A stretch of 64,000 nucleotides of DNA from positions 1 through 64,000 of the forward strand of contig JBCCHT010000056.1 in the NCBI GenBank assembly GCA_039028615.1, written 5' to 3'. Of the stretch, positions 48,142-58,777 are shown piece after piece; position 1 is the stretch's first letter, and every line of letters starts with the position of its first letter. The position numbers were made by a program, and so were the translations under genes. The notes beneath the pieces were generated by a model. That model was not told the origin of the DNA. It was given only the letters and a program-made list of their open reading frames with translations, and ran no database searches. The DNA is from Myxococcota bacterium (lineage in GTDB: Bacteria > Myxococcota_A > Polyangia > Nannocystales > Nannocystaceae).

Positions 48142-48151
48142 CGCGCTCCGC

Positions 48152-49834
48152 TCACTCGGCGGCGAGCATCGTAGTGACGGCCTCGAGGCACTCGTCGATC
48201 GGCACGAAGGTGGTCTCCCCCGAGCGACGCTGCTTGACCTCGATCTTGCCGTCCTTGAGGCCGCGCTTGCCGATGGTCAGCCGCACGGGCATGCCGAGCA
48301 GGTCGGCGTCCTTGAGCTTGACCCCCGGACGCTCCTTGCGGTCGTCGAGCAGGACCTCGACCCCCCGCTCGCGGAGATGCTCGTAGAACTTCTCCGCCAC
48401 CGCGGCCGGCTCGTCGCCGCCCATCGGCGTGATCATGACCGAGTAGGGCGCGACCTCGTTGGGCCACACCAGCCCGTCGTCGTCGTGCAGCTGCTCGATC
48501 ACCGCGGCGATGAGACGCGAGACACCGATGCCGTAGCACCCCATCACGATGGGCTTGGACTTGCCGTCGGCGTCGAGGAACTCGGCCTTCATCGCGGTGG
48601 AGTAGTGCGTGCCGAGCATGAAGATGTGGCCGGCCTCGATACCGCGGTAGAGCTTGAGGCCCGTGCCGCACTTGGGGCACGGGTCGCCCTCGGCCACCAG
48701 GCGGATGTCGGCGACCTCGCCCTCGAAATCACGCCCGTGGCGGACGTGCTGCAGATGGTGGTCCTCTTCGTTGGCCCCGGTGATGCCGTCGGCGACCGCG
48801 GCCGCGGCCGGATCGACCACGATCGGGCCTTCCCAGCCCACGGGGCCGAGGAAGCCGGCGTGCTCGGGCTCGGCCACCCAGTGCACCTCGTCGGCATCGA
48901 CGGCCCGGGCGAGCTTGATCTCGTTGACCTCGTGGTCGCCCCGCACCACGGCCAGCACCTTCTGCTCGCCCGCGGTGTAGACGACCGACTTGAGGAACTG
49001 GGCGGGGTCGGTGCCCTCGAAGAAGCCCACGAGCTGCTCGATGGTCTTGGCACCCGGCGTGTGCACCTTGCTCCGCTCCGCGAGCTTATCGGACGCGGCG
49101 GCGGGCTCCTCGACGGGCGTGGTGGTGGCGACCTCGACGTTGGCCGCGTAGTCGCACGACGGGCAGGCCGCGATGGCATCCTCGCCGCTCTGCGCCAGCA
49201 CCTGGAACTCGGCGCTGCCGCTGCCGCCCATGGTGCCGTTGTCGGCGGCCACGATTCGATACTCGAGGCCGAGCCGCTTGAAGATGCGGTGGTAGGCGGC
49301 CTCCATCGTGTCGTAGCTCTCCCGCGCGGCCTCCTTGGACACGTCGAAGGAGTACGCGTCCTTCATGAGGAACTCGCGGCCGCGCAGCAGACCGGCGCGG
49401 GGTCGCGGCTCGTCGCGATACTTCATCTGAATCTGGTACAGATTCACGGGCAGCTGGCGATAGCTGCGAATCTCTCGGCGCACGAGGTCGGTGATGAGCT
49501 CCTCGTGGGTGGGCGCCAGGTGGTACTCGCCCGACTTGCGGTCGTTGAAACGGAACAGCGTGGGGCCGAACTTGTCCCAGCGCCCCGTCTCCTTGAAGTA
49601 CTCCGACGGCAGCATCGCGGGCATCAGCAGCTCTTGGGCGCCGGACCGGTTCATCTCCTCACGGATGATGTTGGCGATGCGTTGCAGTACGCGGACCCCG
49701 AGCGGCAGGAATTCGTAGATCCCGGCGCCGACCATGCGGATGTATCCCGCGCGCAGAAGCAGCGCGTGAGAGACGGTCGTGGCCTCTTTGGGGGTCTCTC
49801 GCAGAGTGGGCAAGAAAGCTTGCGAGTAGCGCAT
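48152..49834 (-). CDS. proS: Proline--tRNA ligase (bacterial type, with editing domain)
   Basis: LLLRAGYI, LAPTHEE, YRDEPRPRAGLLRGREFLMKDAYSFD, MGCYGIGVSR. Confidence 0.97.
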   Translation of the reverse strand: MRYSQAFLPTLRETPKEATTVSHALLLRAGYIRMVGAGIYEFLPLGVRVLQRIANIIREEMNRSGAQELLMPAMLPSEYFKETGRWDKFGPTLFRFNDRKSGEYHLAPTHEELITDLVRREIRSYRQLPVNLYQIQMKYRDEPRPRAGLLRGREFLMKDAYSFDVSKEAARESYDTMEAAYHRIFKRLGLEYRIVAADNGTMGGSGSAEFQVLAQSGEDAIAACPSCDYAANVEVATTTPVEEPAAASDKLAERSKVHTPGAKTIEQLVGFFEGTDPAQFLKSVVYTAGEQKVLAVVRGDHEVNEIKLARAVDADEVHWVAEPEHAGFLGPVGWEGPIVVDPAAAAVADGITGANEEDHHLQHVRHGRDFEGEVADIRLVAEGDPCPKCGTGLKLYRGIEAGHIFMLGTHYSTAMKAEFLDADGKSKPIVMGCYGIGVSRLIAAVIEQLHDDDGLVWPNEVAPYSVMITPMGGDEPAAVAEKFYEHLRERGVEVLLDDRKERPGVKLKDADLLGMPVRLTIGKRGLKDGKIEVKQRRSGETTFVPIDECLEAVTTMLAAE

Positions 49835-49848
49835 GAGCGCCGGGGACC

Positions 49849-51102
49849 CTAGCAGACCTTGGGGGGCTTGGGGGTAGCGCGGCCGAAGCGGGCGACGGCC
49901 CGCTGGAGCACGGCCTCGAGCGCTCGGGCCTGGTCGTCTCGGTCGAAGCGCTCCCGGGCCAGGGTTCGGGCGGCCGCCCCCGCTGCGGTGACGCCCGCGG
50001 GCTCACGCACGAAGGCCCGCAGCTGCCGTGCCGCGGCGGCGGGCGAACGGGGGACTACGAGCCCCGCGCCGGTCTCGCGCAGCATCGCCGCCTGCCAGCC
50101 CCCGTAGTTGATCGCCACCGGGCGACCCGCGGCCAGGCCGTCGAACAGCTTGTTGGCGCTGTTGTGAGCCATCTGCGGGACGTCGCGAAACAGTGAGGTC
50201 GTCACCGTGGCCCCGGCCAAGAGCGCGGGAACCTCACACTTGGGCACCGCCGGACGCAGCCGCACCGTGGCAGCGAGTCCCGCGCGCTCGACCCGGGCCG
50301 CGATCTCGGCCCGCTGCGCGCCTTCACCGACGATGGCAAAGCCCACGCGCGGGTCGAGCCCGGCCATGGCGGCCGCCACGTCGACCAGCCAGCCCACGTC
50401 GTTCATCCAGCCGAGCGTGCCCGCATACATCACGAGCGGATCGTCGGGCCCCAGGTCGGGAAAGCGGCGGGCTCGATCCGCCTGCGCCCGTGCGGGCTCG
50501 ACCTCGAAGGCGGCGCAGTCACAGCCGTTGGGGATCGTGGTGATCCGCTCTCGAGGCACGCCCCACGCCGCCACGCCCTCGGCCATGCCCGGAGACAACG
50601 CCACCACTTCGGCGGCGCCCCGGTACGCGGCCCACGCCAAGGCCCGCGCCGCGCCGCGGGACCAGGGGGAGCGCAGGGCTCCGATCGCGATCGGCAGCTC
50701 GGGCCAAAGGTCGCGCACCTCGAACACCATCGGTACCCGATGCCAAAGCCGCCCCCACAGGCCGGGAATCGCCACCGTGAGCGGGGTGCTCGTCGCGAAC
50801 ACGACATCGGGTCGGTGACGCATGAGCTCGCGGCTCGCCCACTGCCCATAGTGCGCGAAAGACTGCAAGCGCGCGCGGACGCCCATCGCGTTGTCGTAGG
50901 GCACCACCGCGCGATGCAGCTCGATGCCTTCGAGACGCTCGCGTCGCACCGAGCCGGAGTCTCGATCGCGAATGGTGCCGAGCATGGTGACCCGATGCCC
51001 ACGCGCGACCAGGCGTCGCGCCATCTCGAAGGACCGCGTGGCGCCGGCCTGCTGCGGGCCCACGAAGTGTTGATGGAGATACAGGACGTGCACGCCCGGC
51101 AC
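49849..51102 (-). CDS. Glycosyltransferase family 4 (WbuB-like)
   Basis: HQHF, ATSTPLTV, FEVRDLWPE, IPNG, YAGTLG, ANKLFD. Confidence 0.9.
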   Translation of the reverse strand: MPGVHVLYLHQHFVGPQQAGATRSFEMARRLVARGHRVTMLGTIRDRDSGSVRRERLEGIELHRAVVPYDNAMGVRARLQSFAHYGQWASRELMRHRPDVVFATSTPLTVAIPGLWGRLWHRVPMVFEVRDLWPELPIAIGALRSPWSRGAARALAWAAYRGAAEVVALSPGMAEGVAAWGVPRERITTIPNGCDCAAFEVEPARAQADRARRFPDLGPDDPLVMYAGTLGWMNDVGWLVDVAAAMAGLDPRVGFAIVGEGAQRAEIAARVERAGLAATVRLRPAVPKCEVPALLAGATVTTSLFRDVPQMAHNSANKLFDGLAAGRPVAINYGGWQAAMLRETGAGLVVPRSPAAAARQLRAFVREPAGVTAAGAAARTLARERFDRDDQARALEAVLQRAVARFGRATPKPPKVC

Positions 51103-51103
51103 C

Positions 51104-53068
51104 TCAGCCTGCGGCCAGGACCCCGGCGTCGTCGTCGGCAGGCGGCGGCTCGCGGCTCGTGCGGGGATCGGGCTCGTAGCCCGTCCCTGCCGTCAACATG
51201 CGCGCGATGGCGTCGAGCTGCCCCCCCGCCGCGGCGGCTTCGAGTCGCTCGACCCACGGCCCCAGCTCCAGGGCATCGACCGCCGCGGGTCGAGCCCGCA
51301 GGATGCCCTCGACCGCGGTCGGCTCGATGCCCTCGCCGGGGCAGACCAGGGCTTCGTGCAGCTTCTCGCCGCGGCGCAGCTGCGAAATCTCGATGGGGAC
51401 TTCGTCCTCGGTGCGCCCGGACAAGCGAATCATCTGCCGCGCCAGCTCGAGGATGCGCACCGGCTCGCCCATGTCGAGCATGAACACCTCGCCGCCCTCG
51501 GCTGCCACCGCGGCCTGGATCACCAGCCGCACCGCCTCGGGGATGGTCATGAAGTAGCGGGTGGCATCGGGGTGGGTGACGGTGACCGGACCGCCGCGCT
51601 CGATCTGGCGGCGGAAGGTATGGACCACCGATCCCTGCGAGCCGAGCACGTTGCCGAAGCGCACCGAGCAGGCACAGATGTCCGCCCCGCGCCCGCGCGC
51701 CTGGACCAGCAGCTCGGCCACCCGCTTGCTGGCTCCCATCACGCTGCGGGGTGCCACCGCCTTGTCGGTCGAGACCAACACGAAGCGCTCGACCCCCGCG
51801 GCCTCGGCCGCCTCGAGCACGACCCGGGTACCGCCGACGTTGTTGTCGATGGCCTCGGCCGGGTGCTGCTCCATCATCGGCACGTGCTTGAACGCGGCGG
51901 CATGGAACACGATGGACACGGGGTGCTCTCGAAGCAGCGCCGCCATCCCGGCCGCGTCGCGAACATCGAGCAACCGCGCCTCGAGGCCGACCGCGCTGCC
52001 CTCGGCCCGCAGCTCGGCCTCGATCTCGAACAGGCTGTTTTCGTGGTGGTCCACCATCACCAGCTCGCGCACGCCCAGGCGCAGCAGCTGGCGGCAGGTC
52101 TCGCGACCGATGGATCCCCCCGCCCCGGTCACCAGCACCGCCCGCCCGCCGAGCGCGGCTTGCATGCGGGCCCACCCGGCGGAGTCGAAGCGCTGCGCGT
52201 CGCGGCCGAGCAAGTCCTCGACCCGCAACGGACGGATGGCACTGATGCCCACCCGGCCCGTCACCACCTCGAACATGCTGGGCACGGTGCACACGGGGAA
52301 ACCGGTCTCGCCGCAGCGCTCGGCCGCACGGCGTCGCTCGGCTCGCGAGGCCGTGTGCATGGTGAGGATGAACGCCTCGGCCTGGACCCGGGCGGCCAAG
52401 GCGGCCGCGTCACGCGTGGTCCCGAGCACGGGGAGGCCTTCGATGACCACGCCGTCGCCGACCTCGTCGTCGATGAACCCCACGACCTCGTAGCCGGCAT
52501 CGGGTCGACTCCGCAGAGCCCGGGCTGCCTGCTGCCCCGCTCGACCCGCGCCCACGAGCAGCGCGCGAACCGGGGCCGACGACCGCTGCGACACCGCGTG
52601 CCGACGCTCGCGCTCCTCGTCCCACCAACGCACCGCGATGCGAACCCCCGCGACGGCGACGAGACTGAACAGACCCTCGAGAACGATGACGCCCAGCGGC
52701 AAGACCCAGCCGGGGGTGAGCGTGGGCGCAACGAGTCGCCACGCCAACAGTACGCCCGTGCCGACGCCGACCGCACGCGCCAGCAACAACGCCTCGCGAA
52801 GGCCGAACAGCTGCCACCGAACGCGGCGCAAGCCCAGCGCCCGCGACAGCCCCAGACGCAACGCCACCACCGCGGGCACGACCACCGTCAGCTGGGCCGC
52901 GTACGCGTCGGGCGGCCAGCCCTCGAAACGCACGCAGTACGCCCCGAGCCCGGCCAGGATCAGCGCCACCACGTCGACCGCGCCCCGCAGCCATCGTCCC
53001 CGGACCGCAGGGCGCGTGCCCGCGGCGGGGAGGGTCGAGGAGCCGACCGGTGGAGCAGGCGAGGTCAC
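51104..53068 (-). CDS. Membrane-bound UDP-GlcNAc 4,6-dehydratase (PglF/CapD/WbpM family)
   Basis: 4 TM, GAGRAG, TGAGGSIG, HAAAFKHVP, STDKAV, RFGNVLGS.GSV, EKLHE. Confidence 0.92.
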   Translation of the reverse strand: MTSPAPPVGSSTLPAAGTRPAVRGRWLRGAVDVVALILAGLGAYCVRFEGWPPDAYAAQLTVVVPAVVALRLGLSRALGLRRVRWQLFGLREALLLARAVGVGTGVLLAWRLVAPTLTPGWVLPLGVIVLEGLFSLVAVAGVRIAVRWWDEERERRHAVSQRSSAPVRALLVGAGRAGQQAARALRSRPDAGYEVVGFIDDEVGDGVVIEGLPVLGTTRDAAALAARVQAEAFILTMHTASRAERRRAAERCGETGFPVCTVPSMFEVVTGRVGISAIRPLRVEDLLGRDAQRFDSAGWARMQAALGGRAVLVTGAGGSIGRETCRQLLRLGVRELVMVDHHENSLFEIEAELRAEGSAVGLEARLLDVRDAAGMAALLREHPVSIVFHAAAFKHVPMMEQHPAEAIDNNVGGTRVVLEAAEAAGVERFVLVSTDKAVAPRSVMGASKRVAELLVQARGRGADICACSVRFGNVLGSQGSVVHTFRRQIERGGPVTVTHPDATRYFMTIPEAVRLVIQAAVAAEGGEVFMLDMGEPVRILELARQMIRLSGRTEDEVPIEISQLRRGEKLHEALVCPGEGIEPTAVEGILRARPAAVDALELGPWVERLEAAAAGGQLDAIARMLTAGTGYEPDPRTSREPPPADDDAGVLAAG

Positions 53069-53216
53069 GGAGCGCTCGGCGGTCGCCGGGGTACGGGCGA
53101 CCGTGGTATTTCCGAAGGCTCATGGTCCCCCGGACCCGGGTACTGTCCCACGACCCCGTCACGGTGAAAACCGTGTCCACGGCCGACACCGAGGCTCGAA
53201 TCGGCATATGCGGATA

Positions 53217-54311
53217 ATGCGCTTCAACGTCGGCGCCGTGCTGGGACTCGGATTGGCCCTGGTCCTGGTCGCCTGCGCGGCGGGACGGTTTCGCTTCGAC
53301 AAGCGAGCCCAGGCCGAAGACGTGGAGATGCGCGATCTCGAGGATCTGCTCGGTGAAGGCGATGACGTGGCCGTCGATCGGCAGCAGCTCGAGCGCCCGC
53401 CACCCGAGCCTCCCCCGCCCTACCGCCTCGGCAAGCGCGACGTCCTCAACATCTACGTGATGGACCACCCCGAGATGAGCTCGCAGCGGGTGAACCTCGG
53501 GGAGCTCGCGGGCACCACCGTGCAGGACGACGGCATGGTGCACCTGCCCGTCCTGGGCGCGATCGAGGCCGAGGCGCTGACGCTGGAGGAGCTTCGGCTT
53601 CGGCTGGTGACCGAGGCGGCCAAGTACATCGTCGACCCGCAGGTCACGGTCGAGATGCTGACCTATGCGTCACAGCGCTTCTTCGTGCTCGGCCGCGTGC
53701 GACAGCCCGGCGTGTTCGCGTCCGACGGCACCACCACCCTGCTCGATGCGCTCGCGCTGGCGGGCGGCGCCGCCGATGATGCCGATCTCGAGGGCGCCTC
53801 GGTGGTGCGAGCCGGGAGCTTGCTGGCCATCAATGTCGCCGACGTGGTCCACCGCGGCGACCTGAGCCGCAACGTCCACCTGCGGGCAGGCGACCTGATC
53901 TACGTGCCCGACGACACGGGGCAGCAGGTCTACGTGCTGGGCGAGGTGCTGCGCCCCGGGGTCGTGCCGATGCGTCACGGCCAGCTGAGCCTCGCCGAGG
54001 CCCTCGCCGCGACGGGAGGGCCGACCCCCGCCCGGGCTCGTCGCGAGCTGGCCGTGCTGCGCGGGGGCCATGCCCGACCCATCGTCTACACCCTCGAGCT
54101 CGAAGAGGCGCTGCTCGTCGACGAGCGCGTGTCGCTGCGCCCCGGCGATCGAGTCGTGGTGGCGCCCACCGGGCTGTCGACGGCGAGCCGCTACATGCAG
54201 CAGCTACTGCCCTTCTTGCTCGCGGGCCAAGCCGCGGGCATCGCCGCGCAAGGAGCCACCAATGCCGCCAATACGGCGACGGCGGTCGGCAACAACGGCG
54301 GCGGCGGCTGA
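53217..54311 (+). CDS. Polysaccharide export OPX lipoprotein (Wza-like)
   Basis: Lipobox LVAC; PES (YRLGKRDVL..V..DGMVHLPVLG); SLBB domains; C-terminal amphipathic helix. Confidence 0.88.
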   Translation: MRFNVGAVLGLGLALVLVACAAGRFRFDKRAQAEDVEMRDLEDLLGEGDDVAVDRQQLERPPPEPPPPYRLGKRDVLNIYVMDHPEMSSQRVNLGELAGTTVQDDGMVHLPVLGAIEAEALTLEELRLRLVTEAAKYIVDPQVTVEMLTYASQRFFVLGRVRQPGVFASDGTTTLLDALALAGGAADDADLEGASVVRAGSLLAINVADVVHRGDLSRNVHLRAGDLIYVPDDTGQQVYVLGEVLRPGVVPMRHGQLSLAEALAATGGPTPARARRELAVLRGGHARPIVYTLELEEALLVDERVSLRPGDRVVVAPTGLSTASRYMQQLLPFLLAGQAAGIAAQGATNAANTATAVGNNGGGG

Positions 54312-54312
54312 G

Positions 54313-55326
54313 CTACGACGGGCCGGCCTCGTCGTCCGCCCACCACTGCACGATCTGCTCGAGCACGGCCGGATCGTTCATCAGGGCGATGTGCGAGGTC
54401 TGGTCGAAGACCCGGTGCTTCGCGTTCGGCAACAGGCCCGGCTCGAGGGTGCCGAAGCCCTTGCCCTGGGCGCTGGGCGAGCGCACCAAGCCGTCGCCGA
54501 TGAGCCACCCCCACTTGCCCTTGGGCTGCCCGACCGTCCCCGCGGCGATGAACCAGCGCACGTGATCGGGCATCGAGGCGGGCCGCGGCTTGCGAAGGGC
54601 TAGCTCGTCGACGTCCCGGTTGCGCCAGTCCTCGTCGAGCACGAAGCCGTGGCGCAGGTCTTTGATGCCCGCGCTGCGCAGGTTGAGGAGCTTGCCGATG
54701 ATCTTGGTCCAGGGGTTCCAGACCGCCTCGAGGGTGAAGGCGGCCACGTGCACCAGCTGCTCGAGCGGCGCCCCGTGGCTCGGCGCTCCGAGCAGGAACA
54801 CCCGCGAGAGCATGCCGACCCAGGTATGGCCGGCCTCCATGCCGTAGTGCACCGCGCTGCGCGTGACCAGCCCGCCCATGCTGTGGGCCACGATCGACAG
54901 CTGCTGCAGCCCGGGCCACGCCTGCACCAGCGCTTCGAGGCGCTCGGCCAGCTCGCGCCCGTTGACCGAGATGTGTCGCCCCGTGTTGTAGCGGGCGTAG
55001 ATCGGCGTGGCCTGCCGCGCGTCGGCCAGCGCCTCACCGAACTCGGCCGTGTCGTCGCCTCGCGCGAAGCTCCATGCGTGGTCCGTGCCCATCAGTCCGT
55101 GCACCAGCACGCAGGCCGAAGGCCCCGTCCCGACCGGTGCCTCGGGGGGATGGGAGAGCGGCGTTCGATCGCCCCGGCACAGCGTCATCTCGATGGCGAG
55201 CGGAGACCCGGCCGTTTCGAGGTGATCGCCGAACAGACCATTGAGCACGCCTCGTGCCTCCAGTTTGCGCTCGGGCAACGACGCCCACAGGCGCTGCGCC
55301 AACGCGACGGCTTCCGCGGTGTTCAT
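54313..55326 (-). CDS. Alpha/beta hydrolase (PGAP1/lipase-like)
   Basis: VHGL, YNTGRHIS.NG, AHSMGG nucleophile elbow, GDGLV, SHIAL. Confidence 0.88.
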   Translation of the reverse strand: MNTAEAVALAQRLWASLPERKLEARGVLNGLFGDHLETAGSPLAIEMTLCRGDRTPLSHPPEAPVGTGPSACVLVHGLMGTDHAWSFARGDDTAEFGEALADARQATPIYARYNTGRHISVNGRELAERLEALVQAWPGLQQLSIVAHSMGGLVTRSAVHYGMEAGHTWVGMLSRVFLLGAPSHGAPLEQLVHVAAFTLEAVWNPWTKIIGKLLNLRSAGIKDLRHGFVLDEDWRNRDVDELALRKPRPASMPDHVRWFIAAGTVGQPKGKWGWLIGDGLVRSPSAQGKGFGTLEPGLLPNAKHRVFDQTSHIALMNDPAVLEQIVQWWADDEAGPS

Positions 55327-55349
55327 CCGCCCCTACCCTACCGCATACG

Positions 55350-55380
55350 AAAAAGCCCCGAACGCGAGGCGCTCGGGGCT
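55350..55380 (-). terminator. Rho-independent terminator of the helicase gene
   Basis: Minus strand AGCCCCGA...TCGGGGCT followed by TTTT, ~25 bp after the stop. Confidence 0.8.
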
Positions 55381-55403
55381 CTTCCGTGCTCGGACGGGAA
55401 GGA

Positions 55404-56723
55404 CTACTTGCGGGCCGCGCTGCGACCACGACCTCGGCCACGGCCGCGCCCCCCGGAGGGACGTCGCGAGCCGTCGCCGCCTCCGGGTCGCCCGCGGCGA
55501 GCACTCGGCTTGCGCGAACCACCGCCGCCGCCGGAGCGGCGCTTGGCGGGCGGCCGATGCCGTGCCTCCAGGTCGGTCATGGGCGGCGGAGCGGCGCTCG
55601 GCGGGAACTGGTGGTCCTCGACGCGCTGCATGTGCTGCCCCACCAGTCGCTCGATGTCGATGAGGTAGTCGCGCTCCTCGATGTCGCACAGGGACATCGC
55701 GATGCCCGAGGCCCCCGCCCGCGCCGTCCGTCCGATGCGGTGCACGTAGGTCTCGGGCACGTTCGGCAGGTCGAAGTTCACCACGTGGCTCACCCCTTCG
55801 ACGTCGATGCCCCGGGCGGCGATGTCGGTGGCGACCAAGACCTCGAGGTCGCCGTTCTTGAACCCCTCGAGCGCCCGCGTGCGCGCGCCTTGGGACTTGT
55901 TGCCGTGGATCGCCGCCGCCCGAACGCCGCCCTTGTCGAGGAACTGCGCGACCCGGTTGGCACCGTGCTTGGTGCGGCTGAAGACCAGCGAGCGCGAGAC
56001 CGAGGGATCGGAGACCAGACCCAGCAGCAGCTTGCGCTTGTTGGTCTTGTCCACGAAATACAGGCGCTGCTCGATCTTGTCGGCCGGCTTGGACACGGTG
56101 GCCACCGCGACGTCGACCGGATCGTTGAGCAGCTTGGCGGCCAAGCGCCGGATCTCGGGCGGCATGGTGGCCGAGAACAGCAGGTTCTGACGCTTGGTCG
56201 GCAGCGCGGAGATGATGCGCTCGACGTCGGGCAAAAAGCCCATGTCGAGCATGTGGTCGGCTTCGTCGAGGACCAGCGTGTCGACGTTGTCGAGCCGGAC
56301 GTGGCCCTGACCCATGAGGTCGAGCAGGCGACCGGGCGTGGCCACGAGCACGTCGATGCCACGGCGAAGCTCGCGGATCTGGGGCTTGTCGCTGACGCCA
56401 CCGAAGATCACGGTGTGCCAGACCTCGAGATGAGCGCTGTAGGTCGCGAAGCTCTCGCCGATCTGCGCCGCGAGCTCGCGGGTGGGCGAGAGCACCAGGG
56501 CGCGCACCACCGGGTCGTCAGAGGCCTGGGCGTCGATGCGTTGCAGCACGGGCAACGCGAACGCGGCCGTCTTGCCGGTCCCGGTCTGGGCGCAGCCTAC
56601 GATGTCCCGGCCGGCGAGGGCGGGCTCGATCGTGGCGCGTTGAATGGGGGTGGGCTCGCGGTAACCCGCGTCGTGCACTGCCTTCAAAAGCGGCGGGGCG
56701 AGGCCCATATCGTCGAAACTCAC
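55404..56723 (-). CDS. rhlE: DEAD-box RNA helicase (RhlE-like)
   Basis: Q motif, [29 protein letters not shown]; basic RGG tail. Confidence 0.9.
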   Translation of the reverse strand: MSFDDMGLAPPLLKAVHDAGYREPTPIQRATIEPALAGRDIVGCAQTGTGKTAAFALPVLQRIDAQASDDPVVRALVLSPTRELAAQIGESFATYSAHLEVWHTVIFGGVSDKPQIRELRRGIDVLVATPGRLLDLMGQGHVRLDNVDTLVLDEADHMLDMGFLPDVERIISALPTKRQNLLFSATMPPEIRRLAAKLLNDPVDVAVATVSKPADKIEQRLYFVDKTNKRKLLLGLVSDPSVSRSLVFSRTKHGANRVAQFLDKGGVRAAAIHGNKSQGARTRALEGFKNGDLEVLVATDIAARGIDVEGVSHVVNFDLPNVPETYVHRIGRTARAGASGIAMSLCDIEERDYLIDIERLVGQHMQRVEDHQFPPSAAPPPMTDLEARHRPPAKRRSGGGGGSRKPSARRGRPGGGDGSRRPSGGRGRGRGRGRSAARK

Positions 56724-56832
56724 GGAGCGGGGATTGGCATGGGACCGGGGGGAATGCAAATCCCGCGTCGTGCGCCACGTGCGCTACACGGCGGTTTCGC
56801 CGGTGAGCCCGTGCTCGCTCACGCCCGAGGCC

Positions 56833-57456
56833 TCAGCTGCGACCCCGCAGCCGTTCGAGCAGCGTGGCCACGTCCGACTCGAAGAACAGCGCAATTGGGA
56901 TCACGAGCGTGAAGTAGCGAGATTCGCGGGGGTGCAAGGCAGCACACACCAGCCCCACCAAGAGCATGGCGCTGGAGATGTACTTCGGGGGCGGCTTGCA
57001 GTCGGGAGCGGCGCGTCGAGACACGACGATCGCCAGCGCGAGCAACATGAGGTCCGCGGCGAGGGCCACGGTGACATAGAGCCGGTCGACCAAGGTCGCG
57101 ATGCCCACGCTGCCCTGCGGCACGGACACGGTCGTGGTGGCCACGCCCATGTTCACGACGCCGCCGTAGTCGAACACCAACGAGGTCGCGCGCGGCATCA
57201 GGCACGCGAGCATCATGATGATGGCGCTCAGCGCCAGCGTGCCGCGAGTCGGAGTCTCGAGCGCCGCGTTGATCCGGCGGTGGTGCACCCAGAACGAAAA
57301 CAGGATGGCGAACGCGATGACGTACTCGACGAGCATCTCCCCGAAGATGCGGACCGAGACCTCGCCCCCGAGTTCGTCGGGGATCTCCAACGCCAAGATC
57401 GTGATGGCGATGGCGTAGACCGCATCGATGAACGCACCCAGGGCTTCCTTGGTCAT
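56833..57456 (-). CDS. TMEM175 family (DUF1211) membrane protein/K+ channel
   Basis: AFIDAVYAIAITILALEI, FWVHH, LMP..T. Confidence 0.75.
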   Translation of the reverse strand: MTKEALGAFIDAVYAIAITILALEIPDELGGEVSVRIFGEMLVEYVIAFAILFSFWVHHRRINAALETPTRGTLALSAIIMMLACLMPRATSLVFDYGGVVNMGVATTTVSVPQGSVGIATLVDRLYVTVALAADLMLLALAIVVSRRAAPDCKPPPKYISSAMLLVGLVCAALHPRESRYFTLVIPIALFFESDVATLLERLRGRS

Positions 57457-57507
57457 GAAGTGCCGGCTTCACGATAGCCCGACCGCGCCCGTGATGGCGC
57501 CTGCAAA

Positions 57508-58323
57508 TCAGGCGCTCGCCGGCCGACGGGTGAGCGCGACCTCGTCGTACTCCCCGATCGTCGCGAACCCGAGCCGCTCGTAGCAGGCGATCGCGGAAAC
57601 GTTGTCCGCCTTGACGTTCAACCCGATGAGCTCGACCTCGCGATAGAGCCCACGGCACAGCGCGGCCGTGACCCGTCGCGCCAGGCCTCGGCCTCGACAC
57701 TCGGGCGCGGTGGTGATGTTGCCCAGCGCGGCCACGCCATAGCGCGGGGAGAACACATGCACCCCGGCCACGCTGACCAGGGACCCCGCCTGCCACAGGC
57801 CGACGTAGTGACCCGTCTGCAGCATGCGAGCATCGAACCAGTTGCCGGGATAGGCCCGAGCATAAAACGCCTGGATCTCGTCGAGCTGCTCGCCGTGCAA
57901 AGGCTGCACCTGCTCCGTGTCGACGTCGTCGAGCCGGGCGCGATGCCGATGCACCATCTTCAAGTGGCGACCATGGGGCTCGGCCGACCACGCGCTGCCA
58001 AAACGACCGAGCAGCCCCGGGCTGAGGTGGGCGTAGATCGGCGAGGGCAAGCGCTCGAGCATCGCGTCGACCAGGTCCCGCCGCGCGCCGCCGTCCGGGC
58101 CCCCGAGGGCCAGCAGCGTGGGCAACGTGGTGCCCGTATAGAGCAAGGCCAACGCGCTCAGCTCACCGCGTTCATCCCGCAGACCGAGCCAGGTGGTGTG
58201 CGGCCAGAAGAACGGATCGAGATCGCCGAGCTCGTACAAATGAAGCGCCGGGTCCCGACGCACGAAGCGTTCGATCTCCGCCTTGTCGTCGACCCGGATC
58301 GCCTGCCGCGGCATCGGGGGCAA
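57508..58323 (-). CDS. GNAT family acetyltransferase (FR47-like)
   Basis: GNITTAPECRGRGLA, NVKADNVSAIACYERLGF. Confidence 0.88.
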   Translation of the reverse strand: MPPMPRQAIRVDDKAEIERFVRRDPALHLYELGDLDPFFWPHTTWLGLRDERGELSALALLYTGTTLPTLLALGGPDGGARRDLVDAMLERLPSPIYAHLSPGLLGRFGSAWSAEPHGRHLKMVHRHRARLDDVDTEQVQPLHGEQLDEIQAFYARAYPGNWFDARMLQTGHYVGLWQAGSLVSVAGVHVFSPRYGVAALGNITTAPECRGRGLARRVTAALCRGLYREVELIGLNVKADNVSAIACYERLGFATIGEYDEVALTRRPASA

Positions 58324-58351
58324 CGTACCCCAGCGCTGCCGCGGCCACGAA

Positions 58352-58684
58352 TCAGACGATGATCAACAGCAGAGCGAGCAGCAGGCCGCCCGACAAGATC
58401 GTGGAGGTGATGGAACCGACGTAGAACACCGTGCTCATGAAGGTCGCGACCTTCAGGCCCGTGCTCTGCCGCGTGGCGAGCATGCGAAGCAATGCCAAGC
58501 GAGCGGCCCGCAACGAACCCACCCCCACCAGCGACAGCAAGAAGACCATCAACAGCGCGTAGCCGATGGAGAACAGGGCCATGGCGCTACTTCCGCCACA
58601 GGCCATCGCGGCTGGGCTCCAGGCCAAGACCCCGGCTGCGGTCGCCATCGCCAATGCACGCGGGTGTCCCGTGGGGTGTTCCAT
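58352..58684 (-). CDS. Small hypothetical membrane protein
   Basis: Signal-like N-terminus plus two hydrophobic helices; fills the gap between genes. Confidence 0.55.
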   Translation of the reverse strand: MEHPTGHPRALAMATAAGVLAWSPAAMACGGSSAMALFSIGYALLMVFLLSLVGVGSLRAARLALLRMLATRQSTGLKVATFMSTVFYVGSITSTILSGGLLLALLLIIV

Positions 58685-58777
58685 CGCAGGATAGAGACGA
58701 ACGACCCCCGGGTTTGGTTCCCTTCGATCCGCACTTTGCTCGGGCTCGCCGCCCGGGCCCCGAACATGCGAAAACAA

